Positions 28,036 through 38,502 of a stretch of 64,000 nt of DNA are shown in pieces. Positions within the stretch are counted from its first letter, which is position 1. Each line of letters begins with the position of its first letter. The stretch is from Candidatus Iainarchaeum sp. (lineage in GTDB: Archaea; Iainarchaeota; Iainarchaeia; Iainarchaeales; VGJJ01). The translations under genes were made by a program, and so were the position numbers. The stretch is from positions 1-64,000 of the forward strand of contig JAZDJQ010000018.1 of the NCBI GenBank assembly GCA_043803765.1. Direction: 5' to 3'. The notes beneath the pieces are model-generated. The model was given only the letters and a program-made list of their open reading frames with translations. It was not told where the DNA came from and did no database searches.

Positions 28036-28677
28036 TTACTTAATGAGGGATATTACATTCAGTACTCGTTTAAAGACCACCCTCGGGGAACCATGCCCAT
28101 TTAGGTGAAAAACCAAATAATGCCGGGCCGCCCAATCAAGAAGAGGATACGTCTTAGTACGATAGACACGGAAACGCTCCCGAATAACGGAAGGAGCATC
28201 GTCTTTTCGACGAATGAGTTTTCCATTGTCCACATCACAACTTCCCTTTTTTTTAGGATGCATGGATGCTCCGTAAATTCTCCCGCATTTTTTACATTGC
28301 GTTCTTCCCGTGAGACGGCGAAAAGTTTCCTCTTCGGAAACATCAATGTAAACGAAAGCCGAAATATCTTGTTTGATTGAGTGGAAAATTTTCCGCACTC
28401 CTTTTGTTTGCTCAATATTTCGGGGAAAACCGTCCAATACTATTTTTTTTCCTTTAAGCGAACGCAATTCTTCTTTCAAAATGTAATACGCAATCGTGTT
28501 TGAAACCAAATGCCCTTTTTTGGTCATTTCATTAACTTTAGAAGCATACTTTCCTTTCTGCTCCACATGATTCCGCAGTGCCTGCCCCATGGAAAAATGA
28601 ACCCATCCCTGCTTTGCAAGCAGTTGAGCATAGGTTCCCTTTCCACTACCGGGAGGGCCCATCAGGGAGATGATCAT
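28036..28677 (-). CDS. adk: Adenylate kinase (bacterial-type with LID zinc motif)
   Basis: GPPGSGKGT, LDGFPR, C..C...C..D, RKDD. Confidence 0.9.
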   Translation of the reverse strand: MIISLMGPPGSGKGTYAQLLAKQGWVHFSMGQALRNHVEQKGKYASKVNEMTKKGHLVSNTIAYYILKEELRSLKGKKIVLDGFPRNIEQTKGVRKIFHSIKQDISAFVYIDVSEEETFRRLTGRTQCKKCGRIYGASMHPKKKGSCDVDNGKLIRRKDDAPSVIRERFRVYRTKTYPLLDWAARHYLVFHLNGHGSPRVVFKRVLNVISLIK

Positions 28678-28681
28678 AGTG

Positions 28682-29557
28682 TTATTGCGTGCGTTTTTTC
28701 TTATTAAAGGAAGATGCTTTTTTGGTAAAGGGTTGAAGAATGACACACCATTGCTGTTTTCGTGCAGAAAAATCACTCACTTTGCGATAAGAGAGAATAC
28801 GAAAAGAAGGAGAAGAAAATCCTTTTTTTTGAATAAGAGAATAAACATCGTGAATTGTAGAAGAGGCATCGACAAAAAGGTAGAGGTGGATTTTTCCTTT
28901 TGGTTTGCACCAGCGCAATGCAGAAGAAAGATACGAAATTGCAGTATCGGGAGCGGGCATCACCACATGGTCGCATTTTTCTAGAACGGGAACCTTTTCA
29001 ACATCGCCCCAAATAGGAACAATTTTTCCCACTACTTTGTTTCGGCGAATGTTTTCCTCAACAAAAGGCTGGGCGGATTTATTCCACTCAATCGCGTACA
29101 CCCGAGAAGGACGTTGATGCTTGGCGATGAGAATAGGATACGGTCCCACGCCTGAAAAAAATACGGCAACGGATTGAGCCGGTTTTATTTCCATAACCAC
29201 ACGCTGCCTTTCCGTTGAGAGACGGGGATTGAAAAAAACTTTCCCAGGATGCACGGAAAACGTGCACCCCCACTCGGTGTAGTGCGCTACAGGGTTTTTT
29301 TCTCCCGCGAGCCAGCGGATTTTTTCGACGCGGTATTTTCCAGAGTGTTCTCCTATTTTTTCGTATACGCGGTTTAGTTGAGCGTGAGTGTCCAACAATG
29401 TGCGTGCAATCTTTTTTTTCTTTTTCTGCAGTTCTTTTGGAATTTCGATTAATGCCATCGTCCCAAGGACATCAAAAGAATAAACCGCGTGCTTTCGTTC
29501 AAAAGGAGTCAAAATCGCATCAAGTGATACGCGATAAGAATGGACATGCCGGTGCAT
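28682..29557 (-). CDS. Trm5/Taw2 (Met-10+)-family tRNA methyltransferase
   Basis: FDVLG, FFNPRLSTER, FSGVGPY. Confidence 0.8.
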   Translation of the reverse strand: MHRHVHSYRVSLDAILTPFERKHAVYSFDVLGTMALIEIPKELQKKKKKIARTLLDTHAQLNRVYEKIGEHSGKYRVEKIRWLAGEKNPVAHYTEWGCTFSVHPGKVFFNPRLSTERQRVVMEIKPAQSVAVFFSGVGPYPILIAKHQRPSRVYAIEWNKSAQPFVEENIRRNKVVGKIVPIWGDVEKVPVLEKCDHVVMPAPDTAISYLSSALRWCKPKGKIHLYLFVDASSTIHDVYSLIQKKGFSSPSFRILSYRKVSDFSARKQQWCVILQPFTKKASSFNKKKRTQ

Positions 29558-29610
29558 ACCCGTTAAGAGCGGGGATATTCCTTATAATTCCCTCCCGCCC
29601 CCATTGAGGA

Positions 29611-30468
29611 ATGATTGATATCATTCTGGGTTTCGTAAACGAGTATTTCATCCAACCCATGACAGATGCAAGCGTTTCAGGATATAATCCAGTAAACACG
29701 ATTACGTATGGAATTATCCTATTAGTAGTAGCATTTTATGGAATATATCCTTTCTTCAACCGCCGAGGAGTAAAATTCGATTGGCATTTTCTCCAATCAT
29801 TGCTTCCCTACATTTTGTTTGGAATTAGTTTACGTGTGCTGGAGGACCAGCACATTCTGATACGAAGCGCAAATCCTCTTGATGCGGGATTTTATATTTT
29901 TACACCGGGCATTTGGATACTCACATTCTTCCTCGTAATGATTGGATATGTTCTATCTCTATTTCTCTATTCAAAAAAAGGAATACCCCCGCACCAAACA
30001 ATAACCATTATCGGAATCATATTCGCGCTCCCCGTATTTGGACTCATGCTCATGGAAGCAACCGAATGGAAAGGCACACTCATTATTCTGGCACTCACGG
30101 GAGGAATTTTTTTCCTCGTGGAACGTGCAGCACGATGGAAAAAATGGGATTTTTTCAATCATCCTCTTGTCAAGACTGCGTTTGTTGGACAATTACTTGA
30201 TACGAGTGCTACGTTTACTGCGTTGGAATTCTTTTCATGCGGAGAACAGCACGTTCTGCCACGACTCTTGTTCGGGGCATTCGGAAACATCTCGTTCTTC
30301 TTCGTAAAAATCCCGCTCGTATTAGCATTTTTGTATCTCCTTGATAAAGAATACAAAGAAAAAAATGCCAATCTCTATGGATTTATCCTTCTCTTCATTG
30401 CCATCTTGGGGTTGGCCACGGGAGGAAGGGATTTACTCACGGTTCTGGCAGGAACATGCTCAAATTAA
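29611..30468 (+). CDS. DUF63-family membrane protein
   Basis: GYNPVNT, RVLED, TPGI, QLLD..AT, EQH, LGLA.G.RD. Confidence 0.8.
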   Translation: MIDIILGFVNEYFIQPMTDASVSGYNPVNTITYGIILLVVAFYGIYPFFNRRGVKFDWHFLQSLLPYILFGISLRVLEDQHILIRSANPLDAGFYIFTPGIWILTFFLVMIGYVLSLFLYSKKGIPPHQTITIIGIIFALPVFGLMLMEATEWKGTLIILALTGGIFFLVERAARWKKWDFFNHPLVKTAFVGQLLDTSATFTALEFFSCGEQHVLPRLLFGAFGNISFFFVKIPLVLAFLYLLDKEYKEKNANLYGFILLFIAILGLATGGRDLLTVLAGTCSN

Positions 30469-30505
30469 GGAAAGGGAATAATAACCACTGCTTCCTTCCA
30501 ATCAA

Positions 30506-31270
30506 ATGCTCTACCTCATCGGGATTGGACTCACGCTCAACCAACTAACACTAGAAGGATTACATGCCCTACAGCGGTGTGACAAAATTTACGTGGAAAC
30601 GTATACGAGCAAATACAGCGAAGGAACGATTTTACAACTCGAAAAACTTATTCACAAACTTGTTATTTCACTCAACCGGGAGCAGGTTGAAAACCAATTA
30701 AACGAAATAGTAAAAGAAGCGCGCCACGAATCAGTCGCATTATTAGTTTATGGCAATCCACTCTCTGCGACAACCCACCATACAATTCTTATTGCATGTG
30801 AAAAAGAAAAAATCCCTTATCATGTTATCCCCGGAATATCCATATTCAATTACCGAGGAATTGTTGGATTAGACGAATACCGTTTTGGCCGTACCACTAC
30901 ATTTGTTTTCCCGCAAGAAGGATACGAACCATTATCTCCATTTGATATGATTGTAGCAAACAAAAAACAAGGATTGCACACCCACTGCTTATTCGACTTG
31001 CATCCTGAAACACAGCGATTCATGACAGTAAGTGAAGCAATCACCTTTATTCAAAGCGCTTCCAACGCACGTGAAATCAACATCCATACATGGTTAGGAA
31101 TAGGAATGGGAGGAATGGGAAGACATGATGCGATTATTCATTCAGGCAACCTGGATCGTTTGAAAAAAAAAGAATGGAACATTTTTCCTCAAAGCATGGT
31201 CGTTTGCGGGGATTTAACCCCGTATGAGAGGGAAGCTTTACAAACCCTCACGCATGAAAAATGGGTATGA
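30506..31270 (+). CDS. dph5: Diphthine synthase
   Basis: LYLIGIGL, ETYTS, GNPLSATTH, YRFG, GLHT. Confidence 0.92.
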   Translation: MLYLIGIGLTLNQLTLEGLHALQRCDKIYVETYTSKYSEGTILQLEKLIHKLVISLNREQVENQLNEIVKEARHESVALLVYGNPLSATTHHTILIACEKEKIPYHVIPGISIFNYRGIVGLDEYRFGRTTTFVFPQEGYEPLSPFDMIVANKKQGLHTHCLFDLHPETQRFMTVSEAITFIQSASNAREINIHTWLGIGMGGMGRHDAIIHSGNLDRLKKKEWNIFPQSMVVCGDLTPYEREALQTLTHEKWV

Positions 31271-31581
31271 CCTCTTCTCTAAAAGAAATAGACTGGAAAA
31301 CAGAGATTGAAAAAAGAGCATCCCGGTATCGAAGTGTGACGCAGAAAGCACTGAAAAAAATAAGCATTGTGGCAAAAAAGAATACGAAAGAGTATACGAT
31401 TGCCATGGACTATTTGACAATGGCAAATAATTATTTCAACGATGCGATTCACTTCCAAAACAAGGGAGATTTCATTCTTGCCATGGCTGCATTCTCCTAT
31501 GCCCACGCATGGTTAGATGCAGGGGTTCGCGCTGGAATCTTCGACGGAATGGGAGACGACCAGCTATTCACATTACCCTAA
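31261..31581 (+). CDS. DUF357-family protein
   Basis: Y..DA.HF..KGD...A...YAHAWLDAG. Confidence 0.88.
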   Translation: MGMTSSLKEIDWKTEIEKRASRYRSVTQKALKKISIVAKKNTKEYTIAMDYLTMANNYFNDAIHFQNKGDFILAMAAFSYAHAWLDAGVRAGIFDGMGDDQLFTLP

Positions 31582-31616
31582 ACCATTAAAAGAAAGAAAC
31601 ATCTCCGTGTAGAAGT

Positions 31617-32072
31617 ATGAAGATATACCAAAAGGAACTCATCGGAATTGATTTGCCATGGGACAAAATAGGAATGGGAATAGGAATCATCATTCTACTC
31701 TTTGCCGGATGGATTCTTTTCAACTCATCAACAGGAAACGTAGTATATGCCACTCTAGGAAAAAACCCCATTTCACTCATCAAAGACGATGCCACAATCC
31801 TTCATGTCAAACTAACCAATCCAACGAATGAATCGGTGAGCAACATCGTCGTGCTCACGGAAACAACCGGAACAAACCAATTAAGTGTTTTTCCGCAACA
31901 AAAAACAATTTCCCAACTAGGACCGCAAGAATCAAGGGAAATGGAATTCAATGTAGTTCCATTAGACCCAGAAAACAACCCCTTTCTTCCAGGAACCTAC
32001 CGGATTGATGTACGAACAACGCTCAACAATACGATATATCAAACGAGCGTCTTTCTCAATGTTGAAAAGTAA
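31617..32072 (+). CDS. Membrane-anchored Ig/CARDB-like protein
   Basis: N-terminal TM helix, beta-rich domain, PGTYRI. Confidence 0.6.
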   Translation: MKIYQKELIGIDLPWDKIGMGIGIIILLFAGWILFNSSTGNVVYATLGKNPISLIKDDATILHVKLTNPTNESVSNIVVLTETTGTNQLSVFPQQKTISQLGPQESREMEFNVVPLDPENNPFLPGTYRIDVRTTLNNTIYQTSVFLNVEK

Positions 32073-32073
32073 T

Positions 32074-33240
32074 TCAACTGCTTTTTTCTTTTGCGTAGAA
32101 TGCAGTTAAGTATTTCCGCAGATTCGCAAGAAATAAGGATTCATCTTCTTTCCGAATACTGCCTCCGGCGGATGGAATGTGTCCACCGGCATTAGCATCG
32201 GATAATCCTGCAATGGATTTTTCCAATAAGTCATTCACCGGAATTCTGAAATCCTGCCGACGCGCGGACAGCGTTACCCGTGTTCCATTCGCCACGTCCT
32301 GAAGCATAATAACCGTGTAATGAGGATACTTTCGCGATAGCTTGTTGATAAGAAGACTCTTAATAGCATGTTTGGGTCGCACGCTGGAAAGAATCAATTC
32401 AATTTTTTCTTCTTTTTCCAATTCCCTTTCCGCACGGTCCATCCATTCATTAATTTCATCCTCTATAACACTTACTAATGAACGAAAGCCCGAGTTCAAT
32501 AATTCATTAGGATGAGAAGCATTCGTTATGATACCCAACAATTCTGAAAGCTGATACGATGAGAGAATTTGGGTACAATAAATAATACTACTCATTATAC
32601 CAAACGGAGCAGCAAACGGGTCGTCCTTCACAGGATTCAAACCCCATTTTTTAGCCGAAGCATCCACAAAACTTTTCCAACTAGCATACGCCGAATCGGA
32701 TGTAATTCCAATACAAGGAATCCAATCCTTGTCACGCATATCCACGACCATGGAAAACAACGTATGAGCAAGAATAGCCGTAGGAAAACTACTGGATTCC
32801 GTTTCCCATACAATTTGGGGCTTTAATACAATAAAACGAGGAGAAGAATACTCGTTGTATACCTTATGATGGTCAATCACCAAAATGGGACAAACCGATT
32901 CCATTTCCTGCAAAAAAGAAGTAGGCTTTTGCTCAATAGAACGATCCACACTAATCAATTTAGTCAAACCCGCCCCTTTTATTCTACGCACTAATGCATC
33001 ATCGATAAATGAAGAAGAATGACCAAAGGGTTGCACCCACTCAGGAGCGTTCCCACGAAGACGAATAACTCCAATTATTACGCTTGCCGCAGCCGAAAGA
33101 CCGTCCCCATCATCATCGTAAAGAATACCCACTTTGTCTTCCGGAGTAATATTTCTAAGAAAATTCACCGCTTCTTCAAGACGAGACCTGTCCTGCAAGG
33201 GCAATCTACCCACCCAGGAAGGAATACCATCTGGTGCCAT
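32074..33240 (-). CDS. DHH/DHHA1 phosphoesterase (RecJ-like)
   Basis: DDDGDG, IDHH, SARR, GGHIPSAG. Confidence 0.85.
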   Translation of the reverse strand: MAPDGIPSWVGRLPLQDRSRLEEAVNFLRNITPEDKVGILYDDDGDGLSAAASVIIGVIRLRGNAPEWVQPFGHSSSFIDDALVRRIKGAGLTKLISVDRSIEQKPTSFLQEMESVCPILVIDHHKVYNEYSSPRFIVLKPQIVWETESSSFPTAILAHTLFSMVVDMRDKDWIPCIGITSDSAYASWKSFVDASAKKWGLNPVKDDPFAAPFGIMSSIIYCTQILSSYQLSELLGIITNASHPNELLNSGFRSLVSVIEDEINEWMDRAERELEKEEKIELILSSVRPKHAIKSLLINKLSRKYPHYTVIMLQDVANGTRVTLSARRQDFRIPVNDLLEKSIAGLSDANAGGHIPSAGGSIRKEDESLFLANLRKYLTAFYAKEKSS

Positions 33241-33293
33241 GTATTATTCTCCTATGCCCAATGCTTTTAAGGAACATTTCCCAAAAATGAAGA

Positions 33294-33467
33294 ATGGAAT
33301 CCTTCTCTCATACTAATTCAGCGGGAAGAACCTATTTTCTCCATCAAAATGGACGATTGTTTTATTTCTCGTCAAAAAAACAAGGGTGTCTTTCTGACAT
33401 TCCAGCAGGATATATCATCGTTGAAAGTGAAAAAACCAGCCTCCCGCTACTCAAAAAGATGGAGTGA
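33294..33467 (+). CDS. 57-aa small hypothetical protein (below ORF-track cutoff)
   Basis: MESFSHTNSAGRTYFLH...YFS...IPAGY.IVESEKTSLPLLKK; fills the gap and ends 9 nt before the next ATG. Confidence 0.7.
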   Translation: MESFSHTNSAGRTYFLHQNGRLFYFSSKKQGCLSDIPAGYIIVESEKTSLPLLKKME

Positions 33468-33476
33468 GAAAAAAAC

Positions 33477-34538
33477 ATGAAGCACGAAAAAATGATGCAG
33501 GAATGGTATGAAAAAAACAATGTGGATGCACTCTATACGAGTACGAACGAACAACTGCAAGACCCGCTTTTTACTAAATTTACTGGAATATATCACACCG
33601 ATTTTTCATTTCGCTTTTTCCAATCACCCGAAAAGAAACTACTGCTCTGCACCCCTCTCGAAAGAAGAGTAGTTAAACATCAGTATAATGGAAGAACTAA
33701 AACCGTTACGACTCAAAAAGAAATCACACACGTCCTGCGCGGATTGTTTGGAAAGAAAAAAATAGGATTAAATCTACGCTATATGACTGCAACACAGTAT
33801 ACTGCACTCAAGAAAACATTTCCACACACCCCATTTAAGGATGTGAGCGAGGCACTTGAAAAGACGCGCACCATCAAAACAAAAGAAGAAAAAAGAAAAA
33901 TAATAGAAGCAGTGAAAATAACACAAGAAATATCAACCAAAATACCGCCACTCTTACGAAAAGGAAAAAAGGAAATAGAAATAGTAGCAGAAATAAATTA
34001 TCACCTTGCACGAGAAGGATGCGGGAACGCTTTTCCTACCATTGTGGCATTTGGAAACAACACACCAAACATTCATCACTTTCCAAGAAATAAAAAATTA
34101 GTAAAAAATGAAATAGTATTAGTTGACTTTGGGGCAAAATACCAAGGATACTGCACCGATGCAACTCGCACGTTTTGTTTTGGGAAAGCAAGCGAGGAAC
34201 AAAAAGAATGGTATGCACGAGTATGGAACGCACAACAAGAAGCATTCAAAACCATTATTCCGGGAAAAAAAGCATTCGATACAATGAAACAAGCAGAAAA
34301 AATACTGGGAAGAAAAATCCCCCACGCAGTAGGACATGGAATAGGATTAGAAACACATGATTACCCAGGAGCTATTCAAGGAAAAGCAGATTGGGAATAC
34401 CAAGAAGGAATGACATTGGCAATCGAACCCGGATACTATGGGAAAGCGTTCGGAATACGAATAGAGGATGACGTCCTTGTTACAAAAAATGGGTGCAAAA
34501 TACTCAGTCATGCGTCCAAAAAACTTGTAGAAATATAA
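33477..34538 (+). CDS. Xaa-Pro aminopeptidase (M24)
   Basis: DFGA...Y.TD.TRT, HAVGHGIGLETHD, EPG.Y, RIEDD. Confidence 0.92.
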   Translation: MKHEKMMQEWYEKNNVDALYTSTNEQLQDPLFTKFTGIYHTDFSFRFFQSPEKKLLLCTPLERRVVKHQYNGRTKTVTTQKEITHVLRGLFGKKKIGLNLRYMTATQYTALKKTFPHTPFKDVSEALEKTRTIKTKEEKRKIIEAVKITQEISTKIPPLLRKGKKEIEIVAEINYHLAREGCGNAFPTIVAFGNNTPNIHHFPRNKKLVKNEIVLVDFGAKYQGYCTDATRTFCFGKASEEQKEWYARVWNAQQEAFKTIIPGKKAFDTMKQAEKILGRKIPHAVGHGIGLETHDYPGAIQGKADWEYQEGMTLAIEPGYYGKAFGIRIEDDVLVTKNGCKILSHASKKLVEI

Positions 34539-34561
34539 CCCTGCTTCTCCATACTAGTAGA

Positions 34562-35356
34562 ATGCAACTCGCTCAAGCAAAAGAACGATTAGACAACGCC
34601 CTCGCACGAAAGGATATGATTATGCTCATAGGAGACTGTGAAGTAAAATACGAAGGAAGGGCTGCAAGCAATTTACCAATAGGAAGCCGCTTACTCCTCA
34701 TCAAAGGAGACGGAAGTTTTGCTATTCACCAAAACAGGCTACTGCGTCCAACGAATTACCTGATGAGCAGTTCATGGTCTACTGTACTCGACGAGGAAAA
34801 AAACACGCTGATTATTACCGCAACAAAACGCAGTCCAAAAGAAACACTCAGCGTATTCCTAAAAAATGTTGAAATGTTAAACGTGCACGTGATGGAAGAC
34901 CATGCTGCTGATTTCAAACTTGTTGGAACGGAAAAAGAACTAAATGACCAGCTCATGAACGATTTAGAAGTATTAGAAAAAGGATTGAAACCATTGAAAC
35001 AAGAAGACGTGTTACGCAAGGGATTTGTGGATATTTTAGCAGAAGACAAGAATGGCAATCTCGTCATCATTGAACTTAAACGAAAACAAGCAGACTATAA
35101 TGCGGTCATGCAGTTGCAACGCTACGTGAACGAATTGAGGAAAATAAAAAACAAAACCGTTCGAGGAATTATTGTGGCTCCTTCTATTGGGAGGCCTGCA
35201 CTTGAACTATTGAAAAACAATGGAAATGAATATTATTCATTCGAATTCGATGTAACGCAACCGCGGGCAACAATAAAGGGAATTGATACAAAACAACGGA
35301 CTATTTTTCAAGCATTAGAAGGAAATACGGCCGTGAAAAAAAAGAAAAAAGAATGA
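34562..35356 (+). CDS. nucS: Mismatch endonuclease NucS/EndoMS
   Basis: Y.GRA, IKGDGS, VDIL..D, IELKR, QLQRY. Confidence 0.92.
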   Translation: MQLAQAKERLDNALARKDMIMLIGDCEVKYEGRAASNLPIGSRLLLIKGDGSFAIHQNRLLRPTNYLMSSSWSTVLDEEKNTLIITATKRSPKETLSVFLKNVEMLNVHVMEDHAADFKLVGTEKELNDQLMNDLEVLEKGLKPLKQEDVLRKGFVDILAEDKNGNLVIIELKRKQADYNAVMQLQRYVNELRKIKNKTVRGIIVAPSIGRPALELLKNNGNEYYSFEFDVTQPRATIKGIDTKQRTIFQALEGNTAVKKKKKE

Positions 35357-35603
35357 TAGGAAAAAATTATCCCTTCATTCCTTCATATATCAAAGGAATG
35401 CCACTCACCATAGCAAGCAAAGCAAATAACTCCCCACAAGAAAATAGACTTATGTATTCCATCCATCCAACAAAATCTCCCCTTACTGAAAGAGCTAATC
35501 ATGAGGGAGTTTAATAAGGAACAACTAGGGTGTGTTCAACAGGTGTACGGGTTTAAAAAAGAAAAAAACATTCAAAGAGAAAGTAAAAGGGGGAAGCCCA
35601 TCC

Positions 35604-38102
35604 ATGCATGGTTTAAGACACATAATCGCCGTATTCGTTTTCATTGTAATCCTATCTAACGCATGGGGATTAGCATCCGACCCGCCCAGTGGATTAGATG
35701 GAACACTTGCTACTATCGCGGAGGAAGGATACCTTACCACGTATACGAGTAGAGGGTGGGGTGCCACCTATGGTTTTCCCCAATCCCAATACTCAATAGA
35801 TGAAACAGACTTCCATGATAATTCGGTTGACTTTGGAGAAATAGGATTATACGGACTAGGACTGGAAAATTTACTCAACCCGCAATATTCCGAGTTAAAT
35901 GTGGGTACGGATTCCCCAGCCAAGATTGAAGAAACCGCCCAATCACTCATTCTATGGGTGTGGACGCCTGCAACGGAGGATTTTGGAATTCATCACCAAG
36001 GAGTAATGCCCAATAATGGAATCACCAACGTAAAAGAAAAAATAATGGGAATCAACACCGCATCCAACGCATGCATACAAGATGCAAGCGTTGCCTACAA
36101 CCAATGGGGTGTTCCAAAAGACACGATTAACAAGCAAACAACTTCTACGCTTTCTTCACTCGCAGGAGAAGGATACCTATTCCTATTAGCGGCAAAACAA
36201 AAAGGAGAAAATGAACAAAAATATATGAAAATAGCCAAAGGAATAGGGGACATGTTCCTCACAACCATTATAACACCGGCAACTACTTCGTTCGGGTTAC
36301 ACCCCGAAAATTTAGTTGACCAGTATAACAACACGATTCCATTAGGAATGATGCCGTCCCAATTTACAATTCTATCCAACTCAGAGGACACTTCCCTTTG
36401 CTCAGACGGAGGGTCAATCAAACTACACGAAAATAGGAAAATATGGATGGCACAAGCCGCGCATTTCTTGAGTTCCCTTGGAACAACAACAGGAGAAACA
36501 AAATACACCGAGGCATCCCAAATCATTACCGATGGAATACTATCAATCCAAGAGTGCGACGGAAGCTTCAAAGATTACACACGATGGGAGGGAGCAGGAA
36601 CGGTTCCTAACAACTGCACTCCAACGGATGGAAGCGACTCATACGAAGCATATCCTGGAAATGTCACCGTAGCGGAAACAAAAGGATTCATTACCGACAC
36701 GGGAATGATACTCTATCTGCTTCAACGAGCAAAATCAGGAATATACACTTCCAGCTTAGCCTACCGGAACGCAGTAACATACTTACTCGAGTTAGAAGAG
36801 AACGATGCAGGATTTGGATACAAGAAAAACGGGGGCCCTATCAAGTATGCCAGTTATTCAATCGATACTGAAAATAGAGCGTTTGCCCAACTATTAGAAT
36901 CGAATGTATTCCTCCGAGCATCCTGTGAAGAAACGAATACGGACGTGCAAAAAAGACTCCAGGATAAGGCCTATGAACTCATTCAAAAATCAGACATTTT
37001 CATTCCAAGCGAATTAGACAGCAAAATCGCCAATGCGATATCCCCCGACCCGGGAATTAATATTCTAGCCGTATCCATGGCGGCAGACAACTGGAAAATC
37101 ATAACAAAGGGATGCCAAGAATGCGGGGACGCAGATGAAGACGGATACATTGACGGAGAATGCGCCGGAGACACTGTAAAATATGATTGCAATGATACTG
37201 ATACTACGATTCATCCGGGAGCAGAAGAAACATGCGATAGGATTGACAACGACTGCGACGGAATAACCGATAATGGATTTGATGAAGACCAAGACGGGCA
37301 TTCCACTTGCGCAGAACCGTCGGACTGCAATGATGCACATGACGAAATATACCCGGGCGCCCCGGAAAAAGATGATGAAATGGATAATGATTGTAATGGA
37401 AAAATAGATGACGCAGGAATAGAAATGAGCATTCTCACCGACTTGAATACCGGAATTGAAGGAGCAGAAGTATTACTTGTTGATTATGGAAATGCATGCG
37501 CTGGTTCATTCGCCAATCCTGCCGAAAACATTGAAGAAATAAAATCACAATGCAGCACTATTGGAAACTGCATTACGGATGAAAACGGGTCCTGCTTTGT
37601 GAATGTGAAAAAAGACGGAAAATTCCAAGCACTCGTACAGTTTTCAGGAGCAAACGCATCATCCAATCCGTATGAATATGCTGCAGGACAGCACATTCTC
37701 ATTCGCATTGCATTCGACACGAATAACATAAGTGCAAATGACAACCAAGAAGTGGGAAAAGGAAACCCTTTCACCGACAACCCGTATATGGTTTGGGGAA
37801 TGATGCTCATCCTACTTATTTTGCTGGGCATCGGATTTGTCTATTTCTATCGAACAGGAAAAATACCGCCCATTACCGAGTGGGGAAAAGGATTTAGAAA
37901 AACCGTAAAAGAAGACAAAAAAGGAACAACCATCCGCTCATTACCCATCGGAGGAAAAATAAAAATTCCTTCACTATCCGCAAATAGAATTGCATCCAAA
38001 ATCGTTTCAGGAAAAATAGAAAAACCAAAACAACCCAAAGTAGGAAACTTCCCGCCAAAGAAAACAGATTATGGAAATAAGAAAGTGTGGCGGGACGTGT
38101 AA
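35604..38102 (+). CDS. Large surface protein with Asp/Cys-rich (MopE-related-like) repeats and C-terminal membrane anchor
   Basis: Signal peptide; DCND...IHPGAEETCDRIDNDCDG repeated twice; TM helix followed by a basic tail. Confidence 0.8.
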   Translation: MHGLRHIIAVFVFIVILSNAWGLASDPPSGLDGTLATIAEEGYLTTYTSRGWGATYGFPQSQYSIDETDFHDNSVDFGEIGLYGLGLENLLNPQYSELNVGTDSPAKIEETAQSLILWVWTPATEDFGIHHQGVMPNNGITNVKEKIMGINTASNACIQDASVAYNQWGVPKDTINKQTTSTLSSLAGEGYLFLLAAKQKGENEQKYMKIAKGIGDMFLTTIITPATTSFGLHPENLVDQYNNTIPLGMMPSQFTILSNSEDTSLCSDGGSIKLHENRKIWMAQAAHFLSSLGTTTGETKYTEASQIITDGILSIQECDGSFKDYTRWEGAGTVPNNCTPTDGSDSYEAYPGNVTVAETKGFITDTGMILYLLQRAKSGIYTSSLAYRNAVTYLLELEENDAGFGYKKNGGPIKYASYSIDTENRAFAQLLESNVFLRASCEETNTDVQKRLQDKAYELIQKSDIFIPSELDSKIANAISPDPGINILAVSMAADNWKIITKGCQECGDADEDGYIDGECAGDTVKYDCNDTDTTIHPGAEETCDRIDNDCDGITDNGFDEDQDGHSTCAEPSDCNDAHDEIYPGAPEKDDEMDNDCNGKIDDAGIEMSILTDLNTGIEGAEVLLVDYGNACAGSFANPAENIEEIKSQCSTIGNCITDENGSCFVNVKKDGKFQALVQFSGANASSNPYEYAAGQHILIRIAFDTNNISANDNQEVGKGNPFTDNPYMVWGMMLILLILLGIGFVYFYRTGKIPPITEWGKGFRKTVKEDKKGTTIRSLPIGGKIKIPSLSANRIASKIVSGKIEKPKQPKVGNFPPKKTDYGNKKVWRDV

Positions 38103-38166
38103 TAGTACACCATTCTTCACAAAAAAAATCCCTACCTATTTCAATCGTTCGGTTTGCCTCGTGTGA

Positions 38167-38502
38167 ATGGGAAAATACCTCATATTGAACACACCCACCT
38201 ACACGGACTCCGTATCAGGATTGAGTTCATTTGAAAAAGAACGAATAGGCAAAATCATTGACCATCTCGCCGAGCAAGGAGATAAAGTAGGTAAACCATT
38301 ATCCGGTTTATCCTTTTTTCGTGAAAAAAAATTCAATGGAAATAGGCTTTATTTTTTAGTATATCCAGAATGGACTACTATTTTAGTTGTAGCCGTTGGC
38401 CCAAAAAAAGTACAGCAAAAAATAATCAGAGAAATCATCCTGCGATTGCCTGAATATAAAATATTTGTACGAAAAATCCTCCTCGAAAAGAAACTCACTT
38501 AG
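38167..38502 (+). CDS. RelE/ParE-like toxin
   Basis: GKPL...FFREKK...RLYFLV pattern; 111 aa. Confidence 0.7.
   Translation: MGKYLILNTPTYTDSVSGLSSFEKERIGKIIDHLAEQGDKVGKPLSGLSFFREKKFNGNRLYFLVYPEWTTILVVAVGPKKVQQKIIREIILRLPEYKIFVRKILLEKKLT

Noticed and set aside
35367-35462. 31-aa hydrophobic minus-strand ORF (MEYISLFSCGELFALLAMVSG...)
   Set aside because: Too short and without a motif; indistinguishable from chance.
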